DNA of 64,000 nucleotides from Bacillales bacterium UBA4694 (GTDB taxonomy: Bacteria > Bacillota_I > Bacilli_A > RFN20 > CAG-288). Under the pieces are notes generated by a model that made no database searches, was not told the DNA's origin, and saw nothing but the letters and a program-made list of their open reading frames with translations. The stretch spans positions 96,921-160,920 of the forward strand of contig DHKM01000035.1 of the NCBI GenBank assembly GCA_002404835.1. The letters run 5' to 3'. Positions 36,623 to 46,078 of the stretch are shown here, in pieces; positions within the stretch are counted from its first letter, which is position 1; each line of letters begins with the position of its first letter. A program made the translations under genes and the position numbers.

Positions 36623-36987
36623 AATAATAAGTCCTCCGTTTGATTTGGGACAACATGATAAGAAAAGAGTCATTTAAGTAGCAAGAGACTTTATGTGAAA
36701 AGAGCTTTCATAGATATGCGTAAGCGGTTCCACAAAAAGAAAAACAAAAAAATGATCAGATATTGATATTTCAAAATTTTATTTAAAAACCAATTTTAAA
36801 ATAAAAAATAAATAAGACTCCAATTTTGAAGCTATAATAAATACGATTTTTGATTTTCTTTTTTAATTAAAAAATAAATCAAAAAAGAACTTATGTATGC
36901 CCTTTCAAATGAAAGTGTGTGTTTTTCCTGTTTGCTTTTTAGTTTGAATTAAGGTTGGGATGATAAATGGAATTTAGGAGGAAAAGT

Positions 36988-37665
36988 ATGAAAGTTTTGC
37001 TTGTGGATGATGAAAAAAGTTTTGTATTGGCTTTGAAGGAAATTCTAGAACGGAATTTTTATACAGTAGATTATGCAAACGACGGTATAGAGGCATTAGA
37101 ATATTTGGACATGAATTCTTATGACTGCATTCTCTTGGATGTTATGATGCCTAGACTAGATGGCTATTCTGTGATTCGGACGATTCGTCAGAAAAACGAT
37201 AATACGCCGGTTATTTTTCTTTCTGCAAAAGGAGATGTCGAGGACCGAATCAAAGGCTTCTCCCTTGGTGGAGATGATTATCTGCCAAAACCCTTTTCCT
37301 CCGAAGAACTTCTTCTTAGGCTACGAGCGATTTTACGAAGAAAAGATGGTATCAGAAAAGAAAGTCTATCTTTTGAAGGGCTGATTCTCGATGAAAAGGA
37401 TTTTACTCTGAAGTATGAAGGACAAAGTGTTCCTTTATCTAGCAAAGAATATCAGCTTATGGAATCTTTATTAAGAAAACCTGATCATGTCCACTCTGGG
37501 GAAAGTCTAATGAAGGAAGCATGGAGTATTTTGGATGACTCGGACATTTCCACTCTATGGGTTTTTATTTCGAATTTGAGAAAAAAACTAAAATTCCTGA
37601 ATTGTCCCATCGCTATCAAATCTGAACGCGGATTGGGATATAGATTGGAGAAAATCGATGTTTAA
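36988..37665 (+). CDS. OmpR-family response regulator
   Basis: REC motifs LLVDDE, LLDVMMPRLDG, FLSAKG and PKPF, followed by a winged helix (ERGLGYRLE). AGGAGG lies 6 nt upstream of the ATG at 36988. Confidence 0.9.
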   Translation: MKVLLVDDEKSFVLALKEILERNFYTVDYANDGIEALEYLDMNSYDCILLDVMMPRLDGYSVIRTIRQKNDNTPVIFLSAKGDVEDRIKGFSLGGDDYLPKPFSSEELLLRLRAILRRKDGIRKESLSFEGLILDEKDFTLKYEGQSVPLSSKEYQLMESLLRKPDHVHSGESLMKEAWSILDDSDISTLWVFISNLRKKLKFLNCPIAIKSERGLGYRLEKIDV

Positions 37666-38761
37666 AAAGATGCGGAGGAAGTTTTCCTTGCTTGTAACTG
37701 TGGTGACTTTTTCTGTTCTGTTTCTTATTGTAGCGGTACTAAATATTTTCACCTTCGCCATAACAGAAAATCGTCTCTGCAAAAATGCAAAGGAAATATT
37801 CCAAGTGGAACAAAATCAGCAGAGGCCACCGTTTAATAGGCCCGCTTTTTCTACAAGGTTCTTTTTTGTCGAAGAAGCGGATGGCACATACACCTTTTCG
37901 GGAAATGATGTCCATTATTATTCAGAAGAAGATAAAAAAGAAGTTCCCGAGAAGATTTTTGCCTCAAAAAACGATTATGGTTTTGTTCGTTTCCTTTTTT
38001 ACTATAAGCAAGGAAGTAAAGCAATTGTGATAGATGGCAGAAGTGATTATGAGTCTTTACGTTCCACTTTATGGATTTCATGTTTGATTTCATTATCCGC
38101 TTTTGCCTTGATTTCCTTGTCTTCGATCTTTCTTTCCAAAATTGTAGTGAAGCCTTATGAAAAAATGTATCATTCCCAAAGAAGGTTTCTTACCGATGCC
38201 TCGCATGAACTGAAGACTCCTATTAGCATTCTTTCAGCGAATTTAGAAATCATGGAAAAGGAATACGGGAAAAAGGATAAATGGCTTTCTTCTTCTCTGG
38301 TTCAAATTAAAAGAATGAAGAATCTTGTTCAAGAACTTGTTACGCTGAATAAAGTAGAAGAGATGGGAAAGGGATTATCGAAAGAATGTTTTGATATTGG
38401 CACTGCCCTTGTCGAGGCTTGTGGATTCTATGCTTCTATTGCCATGAAGAAAAATGTTAAAGTAGAGACAAGCATTCCGGAACACCTGACATTTGTCGGC
38501 GATGAAAGTATGATTCTAAAACTTTTTGGAATCCTTCTTGACAATGCCTTCAAATATGTCAGTGAGAATGGTTTCGTATTTGTGTCTATGAAGGAAGAAA
38601 AAAAGAAAATCATCCTCCTGTTCCAGAACAGTTCTGAGAGTCTTGATGAAGACAAAATACGTCACTGTTTCGAAAGGTTCTATACGATGGATGAGTCTCA
38701 CTCCCATCAAAGCAGTGGATTTGGAATCGGACTCGCCATTGCCAAAGCAATGGTTGAATAG
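37658..38761 (+). CDS. Sensor histidine kinase, C-terminally truncated by an in-frame TAG
   Basis: Two TM segments, H-box FLTDASHELKTPISIL, N-box LLDNAFKYV and G2 SSGFGIGLAIAK. The position of the G1 box reads FQNSSESL. The ORF ends at TAG 38759-38761, before the last strands of the HATPase_c domain. Confidence 0.85.
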   Translation: MFKKMRRKFSLLVTVVTFSVLFLIVAVLNIFTFAITENRLCKNAKEIFQVEQNQQRPPFNRPAFSTRFFFVEEADGTYTFSGNDVHYYSEEDKKEVPEKIFASKNDYGFVRFLFYYKQGSKAIVIDGRSDYESLRSTLWISCLISLSAFALISLSSIFLSKIVVKPYEKMYHSQRRFLTDASHELKTPISILSANLEIMEKEYGKKDKWLSSSLVQIKRMKNLVQELVTLNKVEEMGKGLSKECFDIGTALVEACGFYASIAMKKNVKVETSIPEHLTFVGDESMILKLFGILLDNAFKYVSENGFVFVSMKEEKKKIILLFQNSSESLDEDKIRHCFERFYTMDESHSHQSSGFGIGLAIAKAMVE

Positions 38762-38839
38762 ATGAATTCTAGTATTGAAGCAAGAATCAATCAAAAGAAA
38801 AAAGCGGTCGAATTTGAAATTGTTTTGAAAAATTCTTGA
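38762..38839 (+). other. In-frame continuation of the kinase gene after the TAG (orphaned C-terminal 25 codons)
   Basis: The same frame reads MNSSIEARINQKKKAVEFEIVLKNS then TGA. This matches the usual ...GG-I-x-h-x-S...F-x-h-x-L end of HATPase_c domains. Confidence 0.6.
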
Positions 38840-38899
38840 TTTAAGGTTTAATTAAGTTTCGTTTTCTATGATGTTACCATTAATAGGAGGAAACTTATT

Positions 38900-40792
38900 A
38901 TGAAATCAAGAAAAAATAAGCTTATTCTTTTGCTTTCCATCTTTGCACTTTCCGGTTGTACGGGTGGAGGGGAAAATGGAGGAATAGCAAAATCGAATTC
39001 CAACTCGTTATCCGTAAGTAATCCTTCTTCCAATACTGATGTAGGCGAAGATGCTTTTCACCGTAATGAAGTTGACACATTTGTCGAGGAAAATCGAATC
39101 GATATTGAAACGGATTTTGAATCACAATCGGCAGAAAGCAATATCGATGGAAATCCGATAGATGTTTCTACTATCCAAGAAGGAGAAATCTATTCCATTG
39201 TCGATGGTGGTACTTATGTTCTTTTCGGAACTAACAGCAATGCTAGAATTGTTGTTAATACAACCCAGGATGTCATATTGAAACTGAATGGAGTCAATTT
39301 AACATCTATGATGGATTCTCCTTTGGAAGTGAAAAATGCCTCTTCTTTCAAACTTGTGGCTCTTCCAAAGACGAAAAATACATTTGAAGATAGCACCAAT
39401 AACACACTCGAAAGTACAATTCTTGTTAAAAAAGTGAAATTGGAAATTGAAGGCGAAGGTTTTCTTTATGTTCAAGGAAAAGGTCTAAATGATGATACGA
39501 TAGATTCAGGTGTCGCAATACAGGCGGCAAAAGGAATTAGTGTAAAAAATACTCATATTGTCGTTTCTTCTTCGACGTCACATGCTTTGAACTCCAAAGC
39601 TGGATTTGTATTTGAGCACGCGAGTATGAAACTGGATTCAGAGAAAGATGCCATCCATTCTAAGGAAGGTGGTGTCGAAATGATTTCTTCCGTTCTTGAT
39701 TCAGACACCTATGGGGATTCCGTTGACGCTTTTGGCAACGTGAAAATCCAGAATTCGAAGACTCATGTTCTTACACATGGGGAGTATATAAAATATGATA
39801 AGAGCCTGGATACGGATGGAAGTCTATATGAGGATTCAAAATATATTCTCGAAAACGGGTCCTATCGCAAGATTTCAAGCGACGATATGAATCGTTACAA
39901 TACAAGGTATTATCTTTCACAAAAGTGTAAAGGATTTAAAACGGAATCCTCGTTGATACTTGAAGAAAATGATTCTTATTTTGTTACCGATGATGATTGT
40001 TTAGCAAGTGATACCAGAATCGATGTTCTGACTGGCGATTATTCATTCTATACATTGGATCAGGCTATAAATTGTGATCAATTGCTTAATGTTGTAAACG
40101 AAAATGAAGAAGGTCCCTCTATCCATATCTATCATTCTTATGAGGGAATTCAAGGAGGAAATATTGCCTTTTATTCCGGAGATGTGACGATTTCAAGCAC
40201 AGATGATGGTATTAATGCAACTAGCGACACCTTAGCAGACGTAACAATGGGTTTTTATGGGGCAAATGTCTATGTTGATGCTTCGGGAGATGGTATAGAT
40301 TCCAATGGGACGATTACCATGACAAGTGGAAAACTATTTGTTTTTGGGCCGACATCCGGGAATAATAGTGCTCTGGATTTCGACAATGCTTTTACCTATG
40401 TTGGTGGAGAAATCTTTGCCCTTTCACAGCAAGGTATGATTCAGATTCCGAGTTATGATAAAGTGAATGTGGCAAGTCTGAATTTGGATTCTTATTCCTC
40501 TGGTGATATTTTATCGTTTGTTGTTGACGGATATGAGTTCTCTACGATTCTTGTTAAAGACTATTCAAGGCTTGATGTGATTTTGGGAAGTGAGAAACTG
40601 ATTTCCAATAAAACTCTTTCCATTCAAAAAAAGACAAGTCTCTCTCAGGATTACATCAATGGGTTCTATGTAGGAGAGTCCACTGCTTCTGGTGATTCTA
40701 TAAACGAAGTGACTATCAGTTCTGGTCTTACTTCTTTAAATGCTGGTTTTGGTGAAAATCCATTCCGGCCAGGTAGACCTGGACGTCCATAA
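38900..40792 (+). CDS. Lipoprotein with a Cthe_2159-like carbohydrate-binding beta-helix domain
   Basis: Lipobox FALSGC. Pattern GGTYVLFGTNSNARIVVNTTQDVILKLNGVNLTSMMDSPLEV..., with repeated DGI/DSNGTIT turns (ISSTDDGINATSD, VDASGDGIDSNGTITMTSG). 630 aa. Confidence 0.6.
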   Translation: MKSRKNKLILLLSIFALSGCTGGGENGGIAKSNSNSLSVSNPSSNTDVGEDAFHRNEVDTFVEENRIDIETDFESQSAESNIDGNPIDVSTIQEGEIYSIVDGGTYVLFGTNSNARIVVNTTQDVILKLNGVNLTSMMDSPLEVKNASSFKLVALPKTKNTFEDSTNNTLESTILVKKVKLEIEGEGFLYVQGKGLNDDTIDSGVAIQAAKGISVKNTHIVVSSSTSHALNSKAGFVFEHASMKLDSEKDAIHSKEGGVEMISSVLDSDTYGDSVDAFGNVKIQNSKTHVLTHGEYIKYDKSLDTDGSLYEDSKYILENGSYRKISSDDMNRYNTRYYLSQKCKGFKTESSLILEENDSYFVTDDDCLASDTRIDVLTGDYSFYTLDQAINCDQLLNVVNENEEGPSIHIYHSYEGIQGGNIAFYSGDVTISSTDDGINATSDTLADVTMGFYGANVYVDASGDGIDSNGTITMTSGKLFVFGPTSGNNSALDFDNAFTYVGGEIFALSQQGMIQIPSYDKVNVASLNLDSYSSGDILSFVVDGYEFSTILVKDYSRLDVILGSEKLISNKTLSIQKKTSLSQDYINGFYVGESTASGDSINEVTISSGLTSLNAGFGENPFRPGRPGRP

Positions 40793-40839
40793 AAAACATC
40801 TTCTGAATGCAGTATTTTACTACGTTCAGAAGATGTTTT
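40793..40839. terminator. Bidirectional terminator between convergent genes
   Basis: 15-bp stem AAAACATCTTCTGAA (40793-40807) / TTCAGAAGATGTTTT (40825-40839). Confidence 0.7.
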
Positions 40840-40842
40840 GAT

Positions 40843-41628
40843 TTAAATGCAGGTATAACCGCCGTCGACGGCTAGAATCTGTCCTGTAACGTAGGATGAT
40901 TCTTCGGCACCTAAGAAGCAGGCTGCGGAGTTGAGTTCGCCTTCTTTTCCGTATCTTTGCATCGGAACAGAAGCATGGGCAAAGTTCTGGAAGTATTCGC
41001 TGTTCAATGTTTCGGTTGTCAATTCAGTATAGAAATAGCCTGGGCAGATTGCGTTGACCGTAATTTTGCTTGTGGCAAGTTCGGCAGCCAAAGCTCTGGT
41101 GAAGTTGACGACTGCGCCTTTTGAAGTATGATAGGCAATGGTTGGGATTGCGGTATTTCCAACAAGACCATAGATGGAGGCAATGTTGATGATTCTTCCA
41201 TAACCCTGTTTTCCGTTTTCAATGTTTTCCTTCATGAATCCGCCGAAGGCTTTGGAAACCTTGAATACGGAAGTAAGGTCAAGATTTAAAGTGAATTCCC
41301 AGTCTGATTCCTTATAATCCAAGGCTTTAGTTCCGGTTCCTTTTTCACCGCCAGCATCATTGACAAGAACTTCAGCATGACCGAAATGTTCCTTTACGGT
41401 TTTGACGGCTGCTTCGATTGATTCATTGTCAGTGACATCACAACGAACCGGAAGAACATCGACACCATATACTTTCTTTAAGTTTTCGGCTGTCGCTTCG
41501 AGTCTTTCGATTCTTCTAGCAAGAAGAACAAGGTTTGCGTGCTGCTTTGCAAATCCTTCTGCCATCTGCTTTCCTAATCCGGAGCTGGCACCGGTAATTA
41601 CGACGACTTTTCCTGTGTAATCAAACAT
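40843..41628 (-). CDS. Short-chain dehydrogenase/reductase (SDR) family oxidoreductase
   Basis: TGxxxGxG (VVVITGASSGLGKQ), NDAG and YxxxK (YHTSKGAV). Confidence 0.85.
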   Translation of the reverse strand: MFDYTGKVVVITGASSGLGKQMAEGFAKQHANLVLLARRIERLEATAENLKKVYGVDVLPVRCDVTDNESIEAAVKTVKEHFGHAEVLVNDAGGEKGTGTKALDYKESDWEFTLNLDLTSVFKVSKAFGGFMKENIENGKQGYGRIINIASIYGLVGNTAIPTIAYHTSKGAVVNFTRALAAELATSKITVNAICPGYFYTELTTETLNSEYFQNFAHASVPMQRYGKEGELNSAACFLGAEESSYVTGQILAVDGGYTCI

Positions 41629-41675
41629 TATTTACACCTCCCTTTCTTTTATTATTTTAGAATTATTGTTTTTTT

Positions 41676-43370
41676 CTAGCAAGTAGAGGGATAAATGATT
41701 TTTTCTTCCAAAATTGTTCTTAGCTTTTGTTCTTTGTCTTTGGCATTGCTTTCGGAATCACTTTGGATGGAAAAATAGAGCTTAAGTTTCGGCTCCGTAC
41801 CGCTGGGACGCACGACAAATGTTGTAGAGTCTTTCAAAACTACCTTCAGCACGTTGCTTTTTGGTAAACCGTTGATTCCTTCTGAGTAGTCGTACATTGT
41901 TTCTATAGGGATATCTTTATCATGAAGCGATTCTTTTTTGAATCGATTCATGATATCCTGCATTTTATCGAAGCCTTCTTTTCCCTCGAATTGGTAGGAA
42001 TGAAGTGTGTTCAGACAATACCCGTACATTTTGTAAAGTTCATTCAGTTTATCTAAAAGGGTGATGCCTTTGGTTCTGTAATAAGAATACATTTCGACGA
42101 TAAGCATACTTCCTACTACGGCATCCTTGTCCCTGACATAGGTTCCGCTGAGGCAACCATAGGATTCTTCGAATCCGAAAATGAATCTGTTTTCCTCATT
42201 CTTTTTTTCCAATTTCGAAATCTGTTCTCCGATGTATTTGAAACCGGTCAGGACGTTTATGACTTCGACATGGTAATGCTTTGCTATTTTCTCCACTAGG
42301 TCGGTTGTGACGATTGTTTTGACCAAAATCGGATTTTTTGGCATTTTATGGTACTGTATTCTTCGTTGACAAATGTAATCGAAAAGAAGAAGGAAAGTTT
42401 CGTTTCCGGTAAGAAGCCTGAATTCTCCTGCTTTGTCTTTGACAGCAATTCCGACACGGTCACAATCGGGATCGGTGGCTATAAGAAGATCTGCGTTCTT
42501 CTCTTTGGCATATTTAATACCCAGAGCCATGGCTTCCTTTATTTCCGGATTGGGATAGGGACAAGTCGGGAAATATCCGTTTGGAAATTCTTGTTCTTTT
42601 ACAATCTCGATGTTGGTGTAACCTTCTTCTTCGAGAATCCTTTTGACCGGGACAAGCCCTGTTCCATTCAAAGGGGTATAAATGATTGATGCACTTTTGT
42701 CGATGCTTTCACCGTAAAGCTGGGATTGCTTCTTGACCTCTTCAAGAAATGAGGTTAGAACTCCTGGAAGAATATAAGATATCAGTCCTTTGTTGAATCC
42801 ATCTTCGGCTTTAAGTTTCTTGACGTCGGAAAAAGGATTTATTTTTTCGATGTCATCTAACAGGATTTTTGCTATATGGTCTGTGATTTGGCATCCATCT
42901 TCCCCATAGACTTTATATCCGTTGTATTTGCTTGGATTATGACTTGCCGTGATCATGATTCCGAAAGCGCAGCCTAGATATCTTGTCGCATATGACAAAG
43001 TGGGAACCGGAGAGAGATTCGGATAAATGAATGCTTGAATTCCGTTTCCGGAAAGCACTCTTGCTACCATCAATGCAAAATCGATGCTTTTGAGTCTCGA
43101 GTCGTAGGAAATGGCTACTTTTCTTTTTCCTTCAGAAACATGTCCATTGATATAATTGGCGATTCCCTGGGTTGCTTTGGAGACGGTATAGATGTTCATA
43201 CGATTTGTTCCTGCTCCGATTACGCCCCGCAAACCCCCAGTCCCAAATTCCAAATCTTTGTAGAATGCATCTTCTTTTGTCTTCTCATCCATCTGATTAA
43301 GTTCTTTTATTAGGTCGATGTCTTCTTTGGCATTGTTCAACCAGATATCATAAATCTTTGAATCATTCAT
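41676..43370 (-). CDS. Alpha-D-phosphohexomutase (phosphoglucomutase/phosphomannomutase, PgcA-like)
   Basis: Active-site loop ITASHNPSKYNGYKVY, metal loop ATDPDCDR, sugar loop GFEESYG. 564 aa. Confidence 0.9.
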   Translation of the reverse strand: MNDSKIYDIWLNNAKEDIDLIKELNQMDEKTKEDAFYKDLEFGTGGLRGVIGAGTNRMNIYTVSKATQGIANYINGHVSEGKRKVAISYDSRLKSIDFALMVARVLSGNGIQAFIYPNLSPVPTLSYATRYLGCAFGIMITASHNPSKYNGYKVYGEDGCQITDHIAKILLDDIEKINPFSDVKKLKAEDGFNKGLISYILPGVLTSFLEEVKKQSQLYGESIDKSASIIYTPLNGTGLVPVKRILEEEGYTNIEIVKEQEFPNGYFPTCPYPNPEIKEAMALGIKYAKEKNADLLIATDPDCDRVGIAVKDKAGEFRLLTGNETFLLLFDYICQRRIQYHKMPKNPILVKTIVTTDLVEKIAKHYHVEVINVLTGFKYIGEQISKLEKKNEENRFIFGFEESYGCLSGTYVRDKDAVVGSMLIVEMYSYYRTKGITLLDKLNELYKMYGYCLNTLHSYQFEGKEGFDKMQDIMNRFKKESLHDKDIPIETMYDYSEGINGLPKSNVLKVVLKDSTTFVVRPSGTEPKLKLYFSIQSDSESNAKDKEQKLRTILEEKIIYPSTC

Positions 43371-43371
43371 T

Positions 43372-44370
43372 TTATCCCACCACTTTCAATAGTTTTGCTT
43401 TCCCGTGAAGCTTTATTTCCCCGCTTTCTGCGGGAATAAAAATACAATCTCCTTTAAAGAAAGGCAAATAAGCATTATTTTCTTTATTCGTCAATATACC
43501 GCATCCTTCATAGCATAGAAGTACTTCAAAACTTTCTTTTGTAGATTGATAGGAAGCCATCGATTTAACCTTACTTGTATCCAAATTCAACTGATAAGTG
43601 GTGAAATATTGGCATTGTTCTAACATCTTTATTGCATATCCGGGATGTTTCTCGATTTTTTTAATAGCCTTGTAATCCGTTTTGCTCTTTTTTAGATTCA
43701 TTACTTCCAGTGCTTTTTCAACATGAAGTTCTCGTGGCTTTCCATTTTTCTGTAAACGTCCGTAATCATAAAGTCGATACGTTAGATTGCTGTTTTCCTG
43801 AATTTCTGCGATAAGATTTCCTTTCCCGATGGCATGTATTGTTCCTGATGGAATGAAAAAGGCTTCCCCATTTTTGACTTCGATTTTGTTCAGATAATCT
43901 TCTAATGTGTTTTCCTTTAGACATTTCCGGATTTCTGTTTTTGTCATGTCTTTTTTTAATCCGACGACCAGTGTTGCTTTTCTTTCATGAGACAGGACAA
44001 ACCACATTTCCGTTTTACCAAGCTGTCCGCCTTCGTGTTCGTTTGCGTATTTGTCGCTTGGGTGGACTTGTACGGACAAATCATGTTTGGCATCGATGAA
44101 TTTGATCAAGATGGGAATTTGTCCCTGGTTGTTGTAGTTTTTCTCACCTAGGTATTCTGGATGAATCTTCAAAATTTCCTCAAGTGTCAGTCCTTTGTAT
44201 TTCCCACTAGATACATAGCTTGGACCGTCTTTATGAGTGGAGCATTCCCAGGTTTCGCTTAACGGATCTAGATTGAGTGTTTTGTTGAATTCTTTTTTTA
44301 GTTTGTTGCCACCCCAGAGATAATCTTTGCCGGATGGAGAAAGTAGAAATGGAGTAAATGTCTCTTTCAT
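43372..44370 (-). CDS. manA: Mannose-6-phosphate isomerase, class I
   Basis: ETWECSTH, LSVQVHPSDKYA and IPSGTIHAIGKGNLIAEIQENSNLTYRLYDYGR...RELH are type I PMI motifs. Confidence 0.85.
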   Translation of the reverse strand: MKETFTPFLLSPSGKDYLWGGNKLKKEFNKTLNLDPLSETWECSTHKDGPSYVSSGKYKGLTLEEILKIHPEYLGEKNYNNQGQIPILIKFIDAKHDLSVQVHPSDKYANEHEGGQLGKTEMWFVLSHERKATLVVGLKKDMTKTEIRKCLKENTLEDYLNKIEVKNGEAFFIPSGTIHAIGKGNLIAEIQENSNLTYRLYDYGRLQKNGKPRELHVEKALEVMNLKKSKTDYKAIKKIEKHPGYAIKMLEQCQYFTTYQLNLDTSKVKSMASYQSTKESFEVLLCYEGCGILTNKENNAYLPFFKGDCIFIPAESGEIKLHGKAKLLKVVG

Positions 44371-44385
44371 GATTTCGTTCCTTTC

Positions 44386-44415
44386 ATTAAAAACTGCCGG
44401 GATTTTTCCCGGCAG
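44386..44415 (-). terminator. Rho-independent terminator after the ABC importer genes
   Basis: CTGCCGGG (44394-44401) / CCCGGCAG (44408-44415). On the minus strand it is followed by TTTTTA. Confidence 0.65.
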
Positions 44416-44424
44416 ACGTGTACT

Positions 44425-46077
44425 TTAATTTTCCAGCACTAATTCACCGGATGCGATGAGTCTTTGACTATGTCTGTCAAATAGAAGGATTTCTTTTCCT
44501 AGAATGTTGACTTTGGCCTTGGCATTGACTTTGTAGTCGATTCCTCCGAAAACAACGGAAGTAAGAAGGAATTCTCCGACTCTGAGCTTAACGGTTGTTT
44601 CCATACCACTAGGCATGGCGGAATAAACTTCCGTCTCCAACTTTCCATTATCCTCGATGTGGAGGAATTCCGGTCGGATTCCGATTACATAGTCATCATC
44701 TTCGATGTTCTTTTCGTCTTTGGCTTCCAATGTCTGGTTGATAGTCGGAATCTTATAGTTGAAAGGTTTGTCGGCATTTCCCTTGACAACATAACCTTTG
44801 GTCTTCAGCTTTTCCTGATAAAGGGATTTAGTCTTTTCTTCATCTTCTTTGATTTCTTCTTTGAATTTGTTGAGATCTACATAGGTATTTGGAATGAACT
44901 TGGCTTTTACCTGGTTTTTGAGAAGAGATAGATGGATTCCGTCTCCATCCTGCTTTCCCTTGGCCTCGATGAGATTGATGGCTGGATTTCCAACGAAATC
45001 AGCCACGAAGAGATTATTCGGTCTTTTATAGACATCAAGTGGTGGATCATACTGTTGGACTACACCATTGTTGATGAGACAAATCTGAGTCGCCAATGTC
45101 ATGGCTTCGAGCTGATCGTGGGTGACATAGACGAAAGTTGCCCCAGTATCATGGTGTAGACGTTTTAGTTCCGAGCGCATTTCAAGTCTCAGTTTTGCAT
45201 CGAGGTTGCTTAAAGGCTCATCCATGAAGAGGACTTTCGGACCAGGAGCAAGTGTTCTTGCGATTGCTACTCTTTGCTGCTGCCCTCCAGATAATTCGTT
45301 TGGATAACGGTCCATGAATTCTCCGATTTTGACTATTCTTGAAACTCTTCGAATGGAAAGGTCGATTTCTTCTTTGTCCAGATGTCTCTTCTTGATGACT
45401 TCTTTTCCGCCTTGTGTGAGGATGAAATTATCATTTACTTCGAATCCTTTTCCTTCTATTGCCTGAAGTTCGCTTTCGGCTTTCTTCTGATATTCACCAA
45501 CCAAATCTTCGATGGTCTTTTCACCTTTGTATTCGCCGGTTGAATTGAAGAGCTGTAGGATTTCCTTGGCACTGTACATGGAGATTTCAAATCCGTCGAT
45601 AAGGTTCAGAAGAGCTTTCTTTTCTTCGATTTTTCCTTTCTTATCTAAAGAATTATGAATACATTCACTGATCAGACTTTGGTTTTCGAATACTTTGGAC
45701 ATCTTGAGAAGTCTTTGGTATTCACTAGCCTTGACGGCCATTTCTTGATTTACGTTGGCAAGACCGAACTGGATGTTCTTGTAGACTGTCATATGAGGCC
45801 ATAGGGCGTAGTTTTGGAACAAGAATCCGACATGACGCTTGTTGGCTGGAACATTGATTCCGTTTTCAGAATCAAAGACGGTTTCCCCGTTGATGGTTAT
45901 TTTTCCGCTTGTCGGTGTTTCCAATCCTGCAATCATTCTTAGTGTCGTTGTCTTTCCGCATCCACTAGGACCAAGAAGCGTTATGAACGAACTATCCTTG
46001 ATGGTCAGGTTCATGTTTTCTACAGCATAGAAATCTCCCCAACGTTTCGTGACATTTGTCAATACGATTTCGGGCAT
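44425..46077 (-). CDS. MalK/UgpC/MsmK-type ABC importer ATPase with a ~115-aa insert in the helical subdomain
   Basis: Walker A GPSGCGKTT, Q-loop FQNYALWPH, signature LSGGQQQRV, Walker B VLFMDEPLSNLD, H-loop VTHDQ, and TOBE-like FVADFVGNPAINL. Start moved to the ATG at 46077 (GGAGG 8 nt upstream, 1 nt after the permease stop). Confidence 0.9.
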   Translation of the reverse strand: MPEIVLTNVTKRWGDFYAVENMNLTIKDSSFITLLGPSGCGKTTTLRMIAGLETPTSGKITINGETVFDSENGINVPANKRHVGFLFQNYALWPHMTVYKNIQFGLANVNQEMAVKASEYQRLLKMSKVFENQSLISECIHNSLDKKGKIEEKKALLNLIDGFEISMYSAKEILQLFNSTGEYKGEKTIEDLVGEYQKKAESELQAIEGKGFEVNDNFILTQGGKEVIKKRHLDKEEIDLSIRRVSRIVKIGEFMDRYPNELSGGQQQRVAIARTLAPGPKVLFMDEPLSNLDAKLRLEMRSELKRLHHDTGATFVYVTHDQLEAMTLATQICLINNGVVQQYDPPLDVYKRPNNLFVADFVGNPAINLIEAKGKQDGDGIHLSLLKNQVKAKFIPNTYVDLNKFKEEIKEDEEKTKSLYQEKLKTKGYVVKGNADKPFNYKIPTINQTLEAKDEKNIEDDDYVIGIRPEFLHIEDNGKLETEVYSAMPSGMETTVKLRVGEFLLTSVVFGGIDYKVNAKAKVNILGKEILLFDRHSQRLIASGELVLEN

Positions 46078-46078
46078 A

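Noticed and set aside
36790-36838. Direct repeat CCAATTTT(A/G)AA at 36790 and 36820, next to a TATAAT, as a response-regulator binding site
   Set aside because: An 8-nt match in a ~360-nt AT-rich spacer is expected by chance. The spacing (30 nt) and the lack of a third copy give no real support.
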